IMG/VR virus record: IMGVR_UViG_3300009527_000008
Coordinates: 1 to 47,315 of that record
Length of the DNA: 47,315 nucleotides
Source: a virus
Taxonomy: Duplodnaviria; Caudoviricetes
Strand: one strand, 5' to 3'
Position 1 is the stretch's first letter. Every line of letters begins with the position of its first letter. Shown piece after piece: positions 31,315-40,778 of this stretch. The notes under the pieces are model-generated. The model worked only from the letters and a program-made list of their open reading frames with translations. It did no database searches and had not been told where the DNA came from. A program made the position numbers and the translations under genes.

Positions 31315-31554
31315 TTATTTCAATAATTCTCTTACTCTATCATTAAATTCTGTAATATGTTTTGGGGAACGTCTAAGAGTATATATGTCATTTGTATTGA
31401 AATCTGTATCAAAGAATGGCGAAGAATTTTCTTCCTGCACCTCTGGCAGAGTTAGTTGTCGAAGAATTTCAGATATGGTCGTGCGCATATTAATACTATT
31501 ATAATATTCTTTAATAAAGACGATAGTCTTTGTTAAATAAAAAAGAATATAATT
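31315..31554 (-). pseudogene. 3' remnant of a gene (or a 57-aa ORF from ATG 31488)
   Basis: Manual translation ...KTIVFIKEYYNSINMRTTISEILRQLTLPEVQEENSSPFFDTDFNTNDIYTLRRSPKHITEFNDRVRELLK*; no promoter or leader. Confidence 0.4.
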
Positions 31555-32875
31555 CTAGATTTTTAGAAGATTCTTATAGAATATCAAATTCATTAAAAAC
31601 ATATGATAGATTTAAGAAATCAATAGAACCAGAATACCGAGACATAAACAGAATAAACGCTATAGAAGACCTTAATGATATTTTAAACCGCAATAATAAA
31701 ATTCAGAAAATTCTCAGCTTTGAGAAGGTGAAATCGGATGGAATATCTGGAATACCTAAATCCGAATATACCGTCCATTTAGACAGTGATAAATTATCAA
31801 TAATAACACCACTATCAGTTAGAGCATCTTGTGCATTTGGCGCAGATACCTCATGGTGTACGGCTACTACAGAGGATAACAATAGATTTGTTAGTTATAA
31901 TGAACGAGGCCCATTATATATATAATAACATTAAAAGAAACTGGAGAAAAATACCAGTTGCACATAGACGATTATGATAACAGCATCCAATTTATGGACA
32001 GCGATGATGCTGAGGCAAATATATACCGCCTAGCACTGTCCAACAAAGAATTAGCAGATTTTATATTCAAATATTTTAATAATAGCATCATATTTAAGAT
32101 GGATATAAGATTTGCCAAATATATAGTAGACAATGATGTATATATAAATCCCAAACATAGATTAACATATGGCACATCTAATTCAGTAGAATGTGATAAA
32201 ATGTTTTCAGATTATATGAATAAGGCCATTGATGTTGGTGGCTCTGGTGAATTTTGGGAAGTCTATATAAAATATTTAGAGAAAAATGAGCCATGTATGA
32301 TGCATAGCGTATCTGATATAGAATCTATGCTCAATAGATTTGATCCATTAGAATTTTCCCATGCACTATCATATAAATTCATAACAAATGATGTGAAGTA
32401 TGAAAATGGAGAACCGTTCTTCTCTAAAAAGAGCGAGGTATTAAATGATAATGTCATAGCAATATCAAAGAATTTAGTAAATTTATTATATAAAAACTAT
32501 ATATATGGCTTTAATTCCCCGTCATTTGTAAATGCACTGCTGCGTGTTTTGGGAAGTTATTTAGAAGACATGCTTGCTAGAATTTTTCCAAAAATATATC
32601 GCACAAATTCTCACATATTAAATAACCGAGTGTTGCCATATATGGTTGATAAAATAATAGGATACCAGTGGAACTTGGATTCTTTATATGAGGATATTAA
32701 GAACGAGAAAATAACACTCGGAAAACTCAAACACAATTACATACATGACCAAGTTAATAGCAGTATATCTACTAGAACCGTGTTATATTTGACTTTGTTA
32801 GGTAATGCATTAGAAAACAAAATAAATCAGGATGGTGATTTACAGAAGGTGATAAAACAATACTATACTGAATAG
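31530..32875 (+). pseudogene. PcfJ-like (WCT-motif) gene, apparently 5'-truncated and frameshifted at a (TA)5 run
   Basis: IITPLSVRASCAFGADTSWCTA...GPLYI; removing one TA at 31915-31924 gives GPLYIITLKETGEKYQLHIDD..QFMDSDD, joining ORFs 31530-31925 and 31958-32875. Confidence 0.7.
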
Positions 32876-32893
32876 TAACAATAAATAGAATAA

Positions 32894-34618
32894 ATGACAT
32901 TCTCTAATTACTTTTATGATATTTTCTTAGAAAAAAGAAGAACTGAAAAATCTTACGTTATTGATCGGTTAGAGAAGTATAAAAATGATCCGTATGTGTT
33001 TATAACTTTCACATCCGATTTTAGGGGACATGCTAAGTTCGGAATAAATCCCCAATCACATTATAATACTCCAATAGGAATATATTCTTATCCACTGAAG
33101 GTATACTATGATACTATAAAAAACTACAGAGATATTCCGTTCAAAAAAGAACTTCCTAATATTTTTGTTTTTCGTCCAAAAAATCCAGATAAAATATTAT
33201 TTGATAGCAAATTTTCATTAGATGACTTGCACAAATATTTTCCCGATGCCACGATTTCAACAAGTCTAGACAACATACTGAAGGACTCAGAGAAGTATCA
33301 AAATACTATATCTAGCTTTGTCAGAGAAATTGCAAACGTATCACATTATAAGGAATATAAAAAAGTAGCCCCAAGAAATAATGCATGTTATGAATATAAT
33401 AATCACTTATATGTGTGGACTAATAACATGCTCATGGGATATGATAATTATTTCAAATTTCCCAAAGATATAAATTCAATAAGAAATATAATAGACGAAA
33501 TGATTAAGGATGGAGAAACCTTTATGTCAACCGCAATTGTCCAAGTTGATCAACTAAAACCAGCAGGATTTTCAGATTCAATGTCAACTATAGTAGTAAA
33601 TGTTACTGCTAATGGCAAATTGCATACCAGAAATAAACCACTTGGAGAATTTATTTTAGATAATTTCAATTATACAAGTATTATAGAGGATTATAGGATA
33701 ACTCAAAAAGATTTTGCTCTTGCATATTTGAAATATACCCAACATGCGTATGACAGTGATGAAACTGAGATTTTGAACGCGGCATATTCTCTATTTTTAG
33801 AAAATTCTGCATACAACAAAACACCATTACAAAGTTTACTAACAGAGACTAGAAAACTGGCAAATGAAAATTCTAGGAAATGGACCATTGAGCTAATGAA
33901 ACTTGGTATAGAAGGAGTGGTAGATGATACCGGTTCTGGAATAATTCACTCTAATGAGCCTTTCCAAGGAGTGTTCTTCAAAACTCCTGAACTAGAAGTA
34001 TTGGATTTAATAAAAAATAATGAGGGCAAAAATTGGAATCGTGAGTATTCTAAGACTGACGAAGAATCACGGTTTTTGTCAGTCTTAGATGCATTAAAAA
34101 CTTCTATAGTCGAGTTAAAACTTCCTATTCTAAGAAATACCGGGGCAGAACAGTTGATAAAGCCCGATTTTAAGTTAAAGAAATTTGTATATCGCTGCAT
34201 ATATTATGTTATAAAGAAACATATATATGAACATCTATATGCTAATAAACATCACAAATATGCCAAAAAATATTTACAAGTATTAGGAGAACATGTGCCC
34301 CCTACATTTGCTGGAGTGAGGAAATTTTTACATATTGCTAGACGCACTCCGGGACAATACCTAATGGACATTTCTAGATTAGATTTAACATTAACTGATA
34401 ATGAGAAAGAATCTTTGGTTAAATTTGCAGTAATACTTAATCATATTAAACAACTGGATTATTATATGTCAAATTATTCTAGTAAAAGATTTATTTACTC
34501 ATTAAAAGATACTATAGTCTTTGTGATAAATGAGCTGTCTACAGAAGAGGGCTCGGAGTTTGTGAGTGCTATAGAAAGATATTTATTAGAGAGCGGAAAT
34601 TCAATGACGATTGAATAA
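32894..34618 (+). CDS. Late protein, paralogue of 41053-42765; possible split ADP-ribosyltransferase-like fold
   Basis: FGINPQSHYNTPIGIYSYPL and LGIEGVVDDTGSGIIHSNEPFQGVFF shared with the paralogue; leader MTFSNYFYDIFLE|KRR. Confidence 0.65.
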   Translation: MTFSNYFYDIFLEKRRTEKSYVIDRLEKYKNDPYVFITFTSDFRGHAKFGINPQSHYNTPIGIYSYPLKVYYDTIKNYRDIPFKKELPNIFVFRPKNPDKILFDSKFSLDDLHKYFPDATISTSLDNILKDSEKYQNTISSFVREIANVSHYKEYKKVAPRNNACYEYNNHLYVWTNNMLMGYDNYFKFPKDINSIRNIIDEMIKDGETFMSTAIVQVDQLKPAGFSDSMSTIVVNVTANGKLHTRNKPLGEFILDNFNYTSIIEDYRITQKDFALAYLKYTQHAYDSDETEILNAAYSLFLENSAYNKTPLQSLLTETRKLANENSRKWTIELMKLGIEGVVDDTGSGIIHSNEPFQGVFFKTPELEVLDLIKNNEGKNWNREYSKTDEESRFLSVLDALKTSIVELKLPILRNTGAEQLIKPDFKLKKFVYRCIYYVIKKHIYEHLYANKHHKYAKKYLQVLGEHVPPTFAGVRKFLHIARRTPGQYLMDISRLDLTLTDNEKESLVKFAVILNHIKQLDYYMSNYSSKRFIYSLKDTIVFVINELSTEEGSEFVSAIERYLLESGNSMTIE

Positions 34619-34675
34619 AGATAAAGCGGATGTAAAATAATTTAACGGAATACTATGTGATAATATAATTATCCG

Positions 34676-35488
34676 CTAGATACTTTTATAATAGAAATAT
34701 TCTCTAACATTTACATCTATACCTTTCATCCTACTGAATGAACTTTTCCCGGTGCATAGTTCTTCTTTACCAGAATAGGAGAATGGTAATTCTGCTTCTG
34801 TATCTTTGGAATTTATTTCGTTAAAATTAAAATACCAATTACATGGTAAATCTTCTATCCAAGAGCATAAATTATTAAAATTTATGTTTCCGAAATATAA
34901 TGCTTTTGAATCTGAATAGGGCGGATCAATATATACCACATCTTTTTGATGATCTGATTTTACTTCTAAAAAGGATTTGTGGGAAAAATTTATACTCTTA
35001 TTCTTCATAAGAAGATTATAATATTGAATAATTTTTTCAATTTTTTCTGGTTGCATTCCAGATCTTCCGAAGTGATATGATGTATTAAATTCTCCTTTGT
35101 TATTATATCTTATAGTTCCATTATAACAAGTTCTGGTTAAGAAATATAAAGAAAATGGATCTTTGGTATTATTGTAATATTCACGTTCTTTATAAAAATA
35201 GTCTTTATCATTTTGTAACTTATTCCATTTATCATCATATGAATTTATGATTTCATCTGGATTATTTTTGACTGATTTGAAAATTTCGATCAATGATTCA
35301 TTAAAATCTGAGCATTCGTATCTATTAACACTTAATGAAGATTTCAATAATTCTAAGAATACAGATCCTCCTCCGAGAAAAGGTTCATAATATGTTTCTA
35401 TTTTATTAGGAAAGAAGTCTACTATTTGTTTAGCCACGGACCTCTTAGAGCCAGTCCATTTAATCAAAGGTGTGTTCATGCGTGTCAT
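34676..35488 (-). CDS. dam: Dam-like (D12 class) DNA adenine methyltransferase
   Basis: KWTGSK, YYEPFLGGGSV, YIDPPY; true start may be the second Met (35479). Confidence 0.9.
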   Translation of the reverse strand: MTRMNTPLIKWTGSKRSVAKQIVDFFPNKIETYYEPFLGGGSVFLELLKSSLSVNRYECSDFNESLIEIFKSVKNNPDEIINSYDDKWNKLQNDKDYFYKEREYYNNTKDPFSLYFLTRTCYNGTIRYNNKGEFNTSYHFGRSGMQPEKIEKIIQYYNLLMKNKSINFSHKSFLEVKSDHQKDVVYIDPPYSDSKALYFGNINFNNLCSWIEDLPCNWYFNFNEINSKDTEAELPFSYSGKEELCTGKSSFSRMKGIDVNVREYFYYKSI

Positions 35489-35516
35489 ACTATACTATGA
35501 TATAATTTGCAGTCAA
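35489..35516 (-). promoter_or_regulatory. Sigma70-like early promoter for the dam-like gene
   Basis: TTGACT-16 nt-TATAGT on the minus strand. Confidence 0.55.
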
Positions 35517-35538
35517 GTAATAAGTATTGTAAAATAAT

Positions 35539-35964
35539 ATGAAACTTTTCAATAGATTGCATCAACTCTTGCAGGAAAATTTAGATGACGAAATTGAAAT
35601 TATAAAACGGCATCCTACTACTAAACGTATAGTCGATAGAAGAAAAGTGGGGAATTATACACTTCTTCTAATAGAAGGAAATTATGGTATGGGATTTCAA
35701 GTATCATTTGTTTATGGCGATCAAAAGTTCACAGAACCTACATCTCAAATGAAACTTCCTGCTAAAGACAGTCTGCTGAAACATATGAGAGAAATAGAAA
35801 ATATATTTAGAGAATGGATGACTGAATATGGAACTATTATGATTGGAAGTTTCAATTCTGATAAAACTGAGATTTATAAAAAAATTTTTAGTAAAAGATT
35901 TGATACGTCCTATATACAATATGTCGGTAACATGGGCTCATTTTTCACCATGAGATTGAAATAG
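35539..35964 (+). CDS. Late protein with internal-protein-like leader
   Basis: MKLFNRLHQLLQE|N; TAAGTA at 35521-35526. Confidence 0.65.
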   Translation: MKLFNRLHQLLQENLDDEIEIIKRHPTTKRIVDRRKVGNYTLLLIEGNYGMGFQVSFVYGDQKFTEPTSQMKLPAKDSLLKHMREIENIFREWMTEYGTIMIGSFNSDKTEIYKKIFSKRFDTSYIQYVGNMGSFFTMRLK

Positions 35965-36006
35965 TATTGATTGCGCCGAATGAGTATACATGCTATTGTA
36001 GAACAT

Positions 36007-36504
36007 ATGTCAAAAAGAACAGATGGTTATTATAAAATAGACAAGGTTGATACTACTGATGTATGGCTCACTCCACAGAGTTTACTAGATAAATTGGGAC
36101 ATTTTGATTTAGATCCTTGTTCGCCTAAAGAAATGCCATATAAAATAGCAGATCGTTTTTATTCATTAGAAAACAATGAGGATGGTCTAATGCTTCCATG
36201 GGAAGGACGAGTATGGCTAAATCCGCCATATTCAAATTGGGTGCCATTTATGAAAAGATTAAAAGAACATAATAATGGTTTGGCATTAATTTTCGCCCGG
36301 ACAGAAACTCAAGGATTTTTTGACCATATTTGGAATGATGCAAATTCTATACTATTCTTAAAAAGAAGATTGAAATTTTCGAGACTTGATGGTTCTCTGG
36401 GTGGTGGTTCAACCACTCCATCTGTATTAATTGCTTATGGTGAAAATAATTCTGAAATTTTAGAAAATTGTGGATTAGATGGTAAACACGTTTTTCTTAA
36501 ATAA
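36007..36504 (+). CDS. Phage-type DNA N6-adenine methyltransferase
   Basis: DVWLTP, FDLDPC, VWLNPPY, ARTET; start placed at ATG 36007 (ORF track starts at TTG 35971). Confidence 0.88.
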   Translation: MSKRTDGYYKIDKVDTTDVWLTPQSLLDKLGHFDLDPCSPKEMPYKIADRFYSLENNEDGLMLPWEGRVWLNPPYSNWVPFMKRLKEHNNGLALIFARTETQGFFDHIWNDANSILFLKRRLKFSRLDGSLGGGSTTPSVLIAYGENNSEILENCGLDGKHVFLK

Positions 36505-36511
36505 GTTAAAA

Positions 36512-37390
36512 ATGAATAAAAAACCTATAAATGTTCTAAGTTTGTTTGATGGAATCTCTTGCGGACGATTGGCGCTGCAAAGAGCTGGAATAGAAATAAA
36601 TAAATATTTCGCATCAGAAATTGATCAGAGCGCTATTAAAGTGTCTAAACAAAATTGGCCAGACAACATTCAAGTAGGAGATGTCTCTGTTCTCAAGGGT
36701 TCGGATTTCTGTGATATAGATTTGTTATTGGGAGGCAGTCCTTGTCAGTCATTTTCTGTCGCTGGTAAGCAAGAAGGATTTTCTGGGAAAAGCGGTTTAT
36801 TTTATCACTGGCACAGGTTATTTGAAGAAATTAAGCCGAAGCATTTCTTACTTGAAAATGTTGTGATGAAAAAGGAATGGGAAAACGAAATAACTAATTT
36901 AGTAGGAACAGAACCAGTTTTAATCAATTCATCATGCTTTTCTGCCCAATCTAGAAAACGTCTTTATTGGACAAATTTGTCCGTATCAGAATTGCCGATT
37001 CCGAATAAATTTGCCAGAGATTATATAGGAGAAGACTATCTAACAAAAGAAGAAATTAAAAAGTTGGACATTTCTAAAATAGATTTTTATAATTTCAAAA
37101 GCAAAATATCTCAAAAAAGAATAATAGGAAATTTCAGAGGAAAGGACCAACTTATTAATTGTCTAACAGCTTCTAATTCATCCAATCCAGCAGGTTGTGG
37201 TTGTTCTAATTTTGTATATATGCTAGAGGATGGTAGCTATGCATGGAGAAAAATAACTAGACATGAAATGGAAATGGCGCAAACACTTCCTATAGGTTAC
37301 TGTGATGTTATTTCTGATTCTGCTGCAAAACATGCTATTGGAAACGGATGGACTGTAGATGTGATAGCCCATATCTTAAAATCTTTATAG
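36512..37390 (+). CDS. dcm: DNA cytosine-C5 methyltransferase
   Basis: VLSLFDGISCG, GGSPCQ, LLENV, QSRKRLYW, IGNGW; start placed at ATG 36512. Confidence 0.92.
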   Translation: MNKKPINVLSLFDGISCGRLALQRAGIEINKYFASEIDQSAIKVSKQNWPDNIQVGDVSVLKGSDFCDIDLLLGGSPCQSFSVAGKQEGFSGKSGLFYHWHRLFEEIKPKHFLLENVVMKKEWENEITNLVGTEPVLINSSCFSAQSRKRLYWTNLSVSELPIPNKFARDYIGEDYLTKEEIKKLDISKIDFYNFKSKISQKRIIGNFRGKDQLINCLTASNSSNPAGCGCSNFVYMLEDGSYAWRKITRHEMEMAQTLPIGYCDVISDSAAKHAIGNGWTVDVIAHILKSL

Positions 37391-37425
37391 CATTGACAAA
37401 TTATTTTTAGAAAATACCTAAAATA

Positions 37426-37749
37426 TCATTTAGGTTTGCCACTAAACAGATTTCTATTTTGTGTTACTAAAAATCTTTTGTAGTGATCTCTTTCACTGCT
37501 TGAAAAAACATCATCCATTTGCTCTACAGCAGTAATTCTTGTTTTGCTTTTTACCACAGAATCCAAGATATAAAAATTGAATTTGTCTCGGTTTTGAGAG
37601 AAAATCTTTTTCCAAAATATAAATCCTAAAGTTGTCATTGATGAATCACTTAAAATATACGGGTAATTCTTTAATAGATAATCAGTATATACTTTTTGTG
37701 CAAAGTTTTTGTAGTTCTTATTTTGTGAAATGAAGGATTCTTCAATACC
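37426..37749 (-). pseudogene. 3' half of an interrupted GNAT-like gene
   Basis: Frame is open from the cassette boundary: GIEESFISQNKNYKNFAQKVYTDYLLKNYPYILSDSSMTTLGFIFWKK..., with no start of its own. Confidence 0.7.
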
Positions 37750-37910
37750 GTTCTTTTAAACTTACAAAAATCTAAAGTCATCTTTTTAAGATATAAACTC
37801 TTGACTTTTTGTTAAATTCCTGCTTCATAGACGGGCTTAAAAGCGAACTTTCGTTCGCAGATGAACTCCCATCTCCACCGGCTTGAATTCCCGAAGAACT
37901 TTCGGTATAA
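37728..37910 (-). ncRNA. Putative TnpB omega-RNA scaffold plus guide
   Basis: Overlaps the tnpB 3' end; hairpins CCGAA-5nt-TTCGG (37891-37905) and GCGAAC-GAAA-GTTCGC (37843-37858); GAAGCAGGAA motif; IS607-like end ...GTAAGTTTAAAAGAACGG at 37748. Boundaries approximate. Confidence 0.65.
37742..37749 (+). repeat. 8-bp direct repeat TCAATACC, copy 1 (copy 2 at 40779-40786)
   Basis: Identical 8-mers at both breakpoints of the split gene, in the same codon phase. Confidence 0.75.
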
Positions 37911-39019
37911 AATTGTTTTAGATTCAAACTCGCATTTAAATCTCTATCCATTTTCATATCACACACCTTACATTCAAATACTCTATCTGTCAACTTCAAA
38001 TCTGAATTTTTCCATCCACAACATGAACAGGTTTTACTGGAAGGGAAGAAAGTATCCGCAAAGATAACCTCTCTATTATTCCATTTTGCCTTATATTCTA
38101 TCTGGCGGCGAAATTCAAATAATCCAACATCACTGATAGCTTGTGCTAAACAATGATTTTTCATCATATTTCTTACTTTTAAGTCTTCTAAAACTATAAC
38201 ATTGGCTTTCTGTATAATTTCCGAAGTTACTTTATGCAAACAATCTTTACGAATATTTGATATATGATAATGTAATTTAGCTAATTTTTGTTTTGCTTTT
38301 CCATAGTTTTTGCTGCCCTTTTTCTTTCTTGATAATTGTTTTTGTTTACGCTTTAACCTTTTGAGGTTTTTCTTTAAGACTTTTGGGTTCTCATAGGTTG
38401 TTCCATCCGAACAAGTTGCCAAAGTTTTGATTCCTAAATCAATCCCCACGATCTCATTCTTATCAGTAAGAGATTCTTTATTATTTTCTTCGACTTGTAA
38501 AGAAACAAACCATTTATTTGCTCTGCTAGAAACTGTTGCAGATAATATCTTTGCATCTAATGGCAAATAATTTCTTTCTGCTAATTTAATTTTACCTAAT
38601 CTTGGTAATTGAATATGTTTATCTGAAACATGAATTGAACCAGTTAATCTAAATGATTGTTTATCATTTTTCTTCGATTTAAACTTAGGAAAACCTTTTT
38701 GTTTGATATTCTTTTTCTTACATCTTGTGAAGAAATTAGAAAAGGCTTTGTCACAATCTCTCAGTGCTTCTTGAAAACTACATTTGGAAATACCATTTTC
38801 ATATGCCCACGGTAATATTTCTGTTCCTTTTAATTTATTGATTTCTCTATGTAATTTGATATTGTTAGGAATCATTTCTTTTTTATCAAATTTGTCTTTT
38901 TTGATATTAAGTGCATAGTTATATGCCCATCTTGATGCACCACAATTCATTTTCATTTTACTGATTTGAATGTTGTTCGGCTCAAGCTGACCTTTATATG
39001 CTCTCAATATTTTACCCAT
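37778..39019 (-). CDS. tnpB: TnpB RNA-guided endonuclease (IS607/IS200-IS605 type)
   Basis: N-terminal HTH (RAYK..L.P...Q...GASRWAYN), GFPKFKSKK, RuvC D/E/D in VGIDLG, VLEDL and DRDLNAS, zinc finger CSCC...CKVC. Confidence 0.95.
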   Translation of the reverse strand: MGKILRAYKGQLEPNNIQISKMKMNCGASRWAYNYALNIKKDKFDKKEMIPNNIKLHREINKLKGTEILPWAYENGISKCSFQEALRDCDKAFSNFFTRCKKKNIKQKGFPKFKSKKNDKQSFRLTGSIHVSDKHIQLPRLGKIKLAERNYLPLDAKILSATVSSRANKWFVSLQVEENNKESLTDKNEIVGIDLGIKTLATCSDGTTYENPKVLKKNLKRLKRKQKQLSRKKKGSKNYGKAKQKLAKLHYHISNIRKDCLHKVTSEIIQKANVIVLEDLKVRNMMKNHCLAQAISDVGLFEFRRQIEYKAKWNNREVIFADTFFPSSKTCSCCGWKNSDLKLTDRVFECKVCDMKMDRDLNASLNLKQFYTESSSGIQAGGDGSSSANESSLLSPSMKQEFNKKSRVYILKR

Positions 39020-39200
39020 GAATGTCGCTAGTCGCTATCAGCGGCATTTCTGGTATCAGCACATATAAATTCTCATAAGTGCTCTTGTAGGCGGTTTCTA
39101 TAGGCATAGCATTGGTATAAGCATCGGCAGTTGCCTCGATAGCAATTTCACTTTCTTGGTCCATTACCATTAAAAATGAGATTAGTTCTTTAATTTTCAT
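39012..39200 (-). CDS. Small hypothetical protein overlapping the tnpB start by 8 nt
   Basis: MKIKELISFL..MDQESEI opening is typical of small phage proteins. Confidence 0.65.
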   Translation of the reverse strand: MKIKELISFLMVMDQESEIAIEATADAYTNAMPIETAYKSTYENLYVLIPEMPLIATSDIHG

Positions 39201-39297
39201 AAATGATTGATTCCATGGTTACTTTTTCTCTAAAGGTCCACATCAGGTTTATCCTATAATAAAACTGTCCATAAAGCTCGTTTATTTTTATATCCAT
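39190..39297 (-). CDS. Very small hypothetical protein (35 aa)
   Basis: ATG at 39297 fills the gap between neighbouring genes; the longer ORF call overlaps the upstream gene. Confidence 0.35.
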   Translation of the reverse strand: MDIKINELYGQFYYRINLMWTFREKVTMESIIYEN

Positions 39298-39301
39298 AAC
39301 T

Positions 39302-39583
39302 CTATAATTGGATAAAAATTTCGTGTTGCTCACAATCGTCACAATATCCTTCCACACAACTCTCTTTATTGAGACTTTCTCTGGTGAAATCATCAATCCA
39401 TCCACAGATTTCACATTTCATTTGGATATATTCTGGCATATCATCGCAGTCATCTGGTTGTCTAAGTAGAACATAATTATTAAGGCGTGTTCCATTCTTA
39501 TTTGCAACCGATATATAATTTGCTGCTTTTACGATCTTTTCATAAAAATCTTTATTTTTCGGTAGTATTGGTGTTTCACTCAT
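39302..39583 (-). CDS. Small protein with C-terminal zinc-ribbon-like motif
   Basis: CEICG...CVEGYCDDC. Confidence 0.6.
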   Translation of the reverse strand: MSETPILPKNKDFYEKIVKAANYISVANKNGTRLNNYVLLRQPDDCDDMPEYIQMKCEICGWIDDFTRESLNKESCVEGYCDDCEQHEIFIQL

Positions 39584-39595
39584 AATCTAAATTTT

Positions 39596-39820
39596 CTAAT
39601 GATTACCTTCTGGTTCTTGTGACGGCGTGAACGTCAAATCTTTATAGATAGGATAATTATGCGGGTGAGTGCCTTCCAATTCAAATGTTTTTAGGACTTG
39701 ATAAAACATATCTCTGAAAATGGCATCCGCTTGTTCGTCATTGTTTTGTGCATTTGATATTATCAAAAGAAGATTTTTGGCACCTTCGGACCATGTCATT
39801 GTATTACTTTGTTGTTCCAT
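39596..39820 (-). CDS. Small hypothetical protein
   Basis: 74-aa ORF in a tightly packed minus-strand run. Confidence 0.6.
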   Translation of the reverse strand: MEQQSNTMTWSEGAKNLLLIISNAQNNDEQADAIFRDMFYQVLKTFELEGTHPHNYPIYKDLTFTPSQEPEGNH

Positions 39821-40037
39821 AATCTATGGTTTTTTCTTGGTTTATAATAAAATCTAAGGCTGTTACAATTTCGGCTCGTCCACCAATGGTATCGGCCCGT
39901 AATTCCCATTCTAATGCTTGTTTTTTAGCTTCTTCAAAAGTTTTATCGAACAATGGATTCTTTGGTAAGAAATCAGAACCATGTCCCGAAAATCGCAGAC
40001 CAAATATTTTTGCAGTATTTATATCAGTCGTTTTCAT
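39804..40037 (-). CDS. Small hypothetical protein
   Basis: 77-aa ORF starting 3 nt after the ART-like gene stop. Confidence 0.6.
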   Translation of the reverse strand: MKTTDINTAKIFGLRFSGHGSDFLPKNPLFDKTFEEAKKQALEWELRADTIGGRAEIVTALDFIINQEKTIDYGTTK

Positions 40038-40040
40038 ACA

Positions 40041-40763
40041 TTAATATCTTATATCATCATTACTAGAATTGAATCTTCTTGATAGTGGAATCAATTGACC
40101 GTCATCGTATGTCATCTCTGCTCCAAATTTAATCTGATTTGGTTCAAATACAACGTATGTTAAATTTTTATCCTTTATTCCATAAATTTTAGCTGCATCG
40201 CTTTCAGATATAATTGCACCATCATATCCCTTTGCTTTGATTTTATCAACATATTCTTGTGAATCAAATAATGACCACATTGAAGATTTGTGTGGAATTT
40301 TATCTATTCCTATTTGGCGAAATACTTTCTGTAAAAGTTTTCTATCACCAGATAAATCTAACGGATTCTGTATTTTTAATGCAAGTCCTTTATGAATCCA
40401 TGCATCAGCAGGATGGTCTGCTCTATTTCTGGCAAATTCATGTGCCATCTGTGAATGACTCGAAAAGAAATATGTGGGTGATTCAACTTCTTCATTATAG
40501 CCCATGAATCCAGAATCCCTATATGATTTCGTTCTTTGAAATTTGGTGAATTTTTCGTTTGCGGCACTTCCATGATATACAGGGAAAATCGTGTATCCGG
40601 CCTTAATACGAGCATCATCCACTATCTGTGAAAATCTTTGTTTTAGTCGAGCAAATTGATCTTTATCTTTTATTTGTTTAGCTTGATCTATAATAGACAA
40701 ATATTCTTCATCAGGATTGGCGAATCGCTCCATTATTAATCTATATAAAGTATCAAAAGTCAT
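40041..40763 (-). CDS. ADP-ribosyltransferase-like protein (ART-PolyVal type) with internal-protein-like leader
   Basis: VYHGS..F..F, YFFSS...A.EFA, LKIQNPLD, KGYDGAII, YVVFEPNQIK, RFN...DIRY; leader MTFDTLYRLIME|R. Confidence 0.78.
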   Translation of the reverse strand: MTFDTLYRLIMERFANPDEEYLSIIDQAKQIKDKDQFARLKQRFSQIVDDARIKAGYTIFPVYHGSAANEKFTKFQRTKSYRDSGFMGYNEEVESPTYFFSSHSQMAHEFARNRADHPADAWIHKGLALKIQNPLDLSGDRKLLQKVFRQIGIDKIPHKSSMWSLFDSQEYVDKIKAKGYDGAIISESDAAKIYGIKDKNLTYVVFEPNQIKFGAEMTYDDGQLIPLSRRFNSSNDDIRY

Positions 40764-40769
40764 ACAGAA

Positions 40770-40777
40770 TATTTATA
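40770..40777 (-). promoter_or_regulatory. T4 consensus late promoter TATAAATA at the cassette's upstream edge
   Basis: Exact consensus, 6 nt before ATG 40763 and 1 nt inside the direct repeat. Confidence 0.7.
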
Positions 40778-40778
40778 A

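Noticed and set aside
34625-34677. AGCGGAT...ATCCGCT inverted repeat as a terminator
   Set aside because: Only 7-bp arms around a ~39-nt AT-rich loop; too weak to call.
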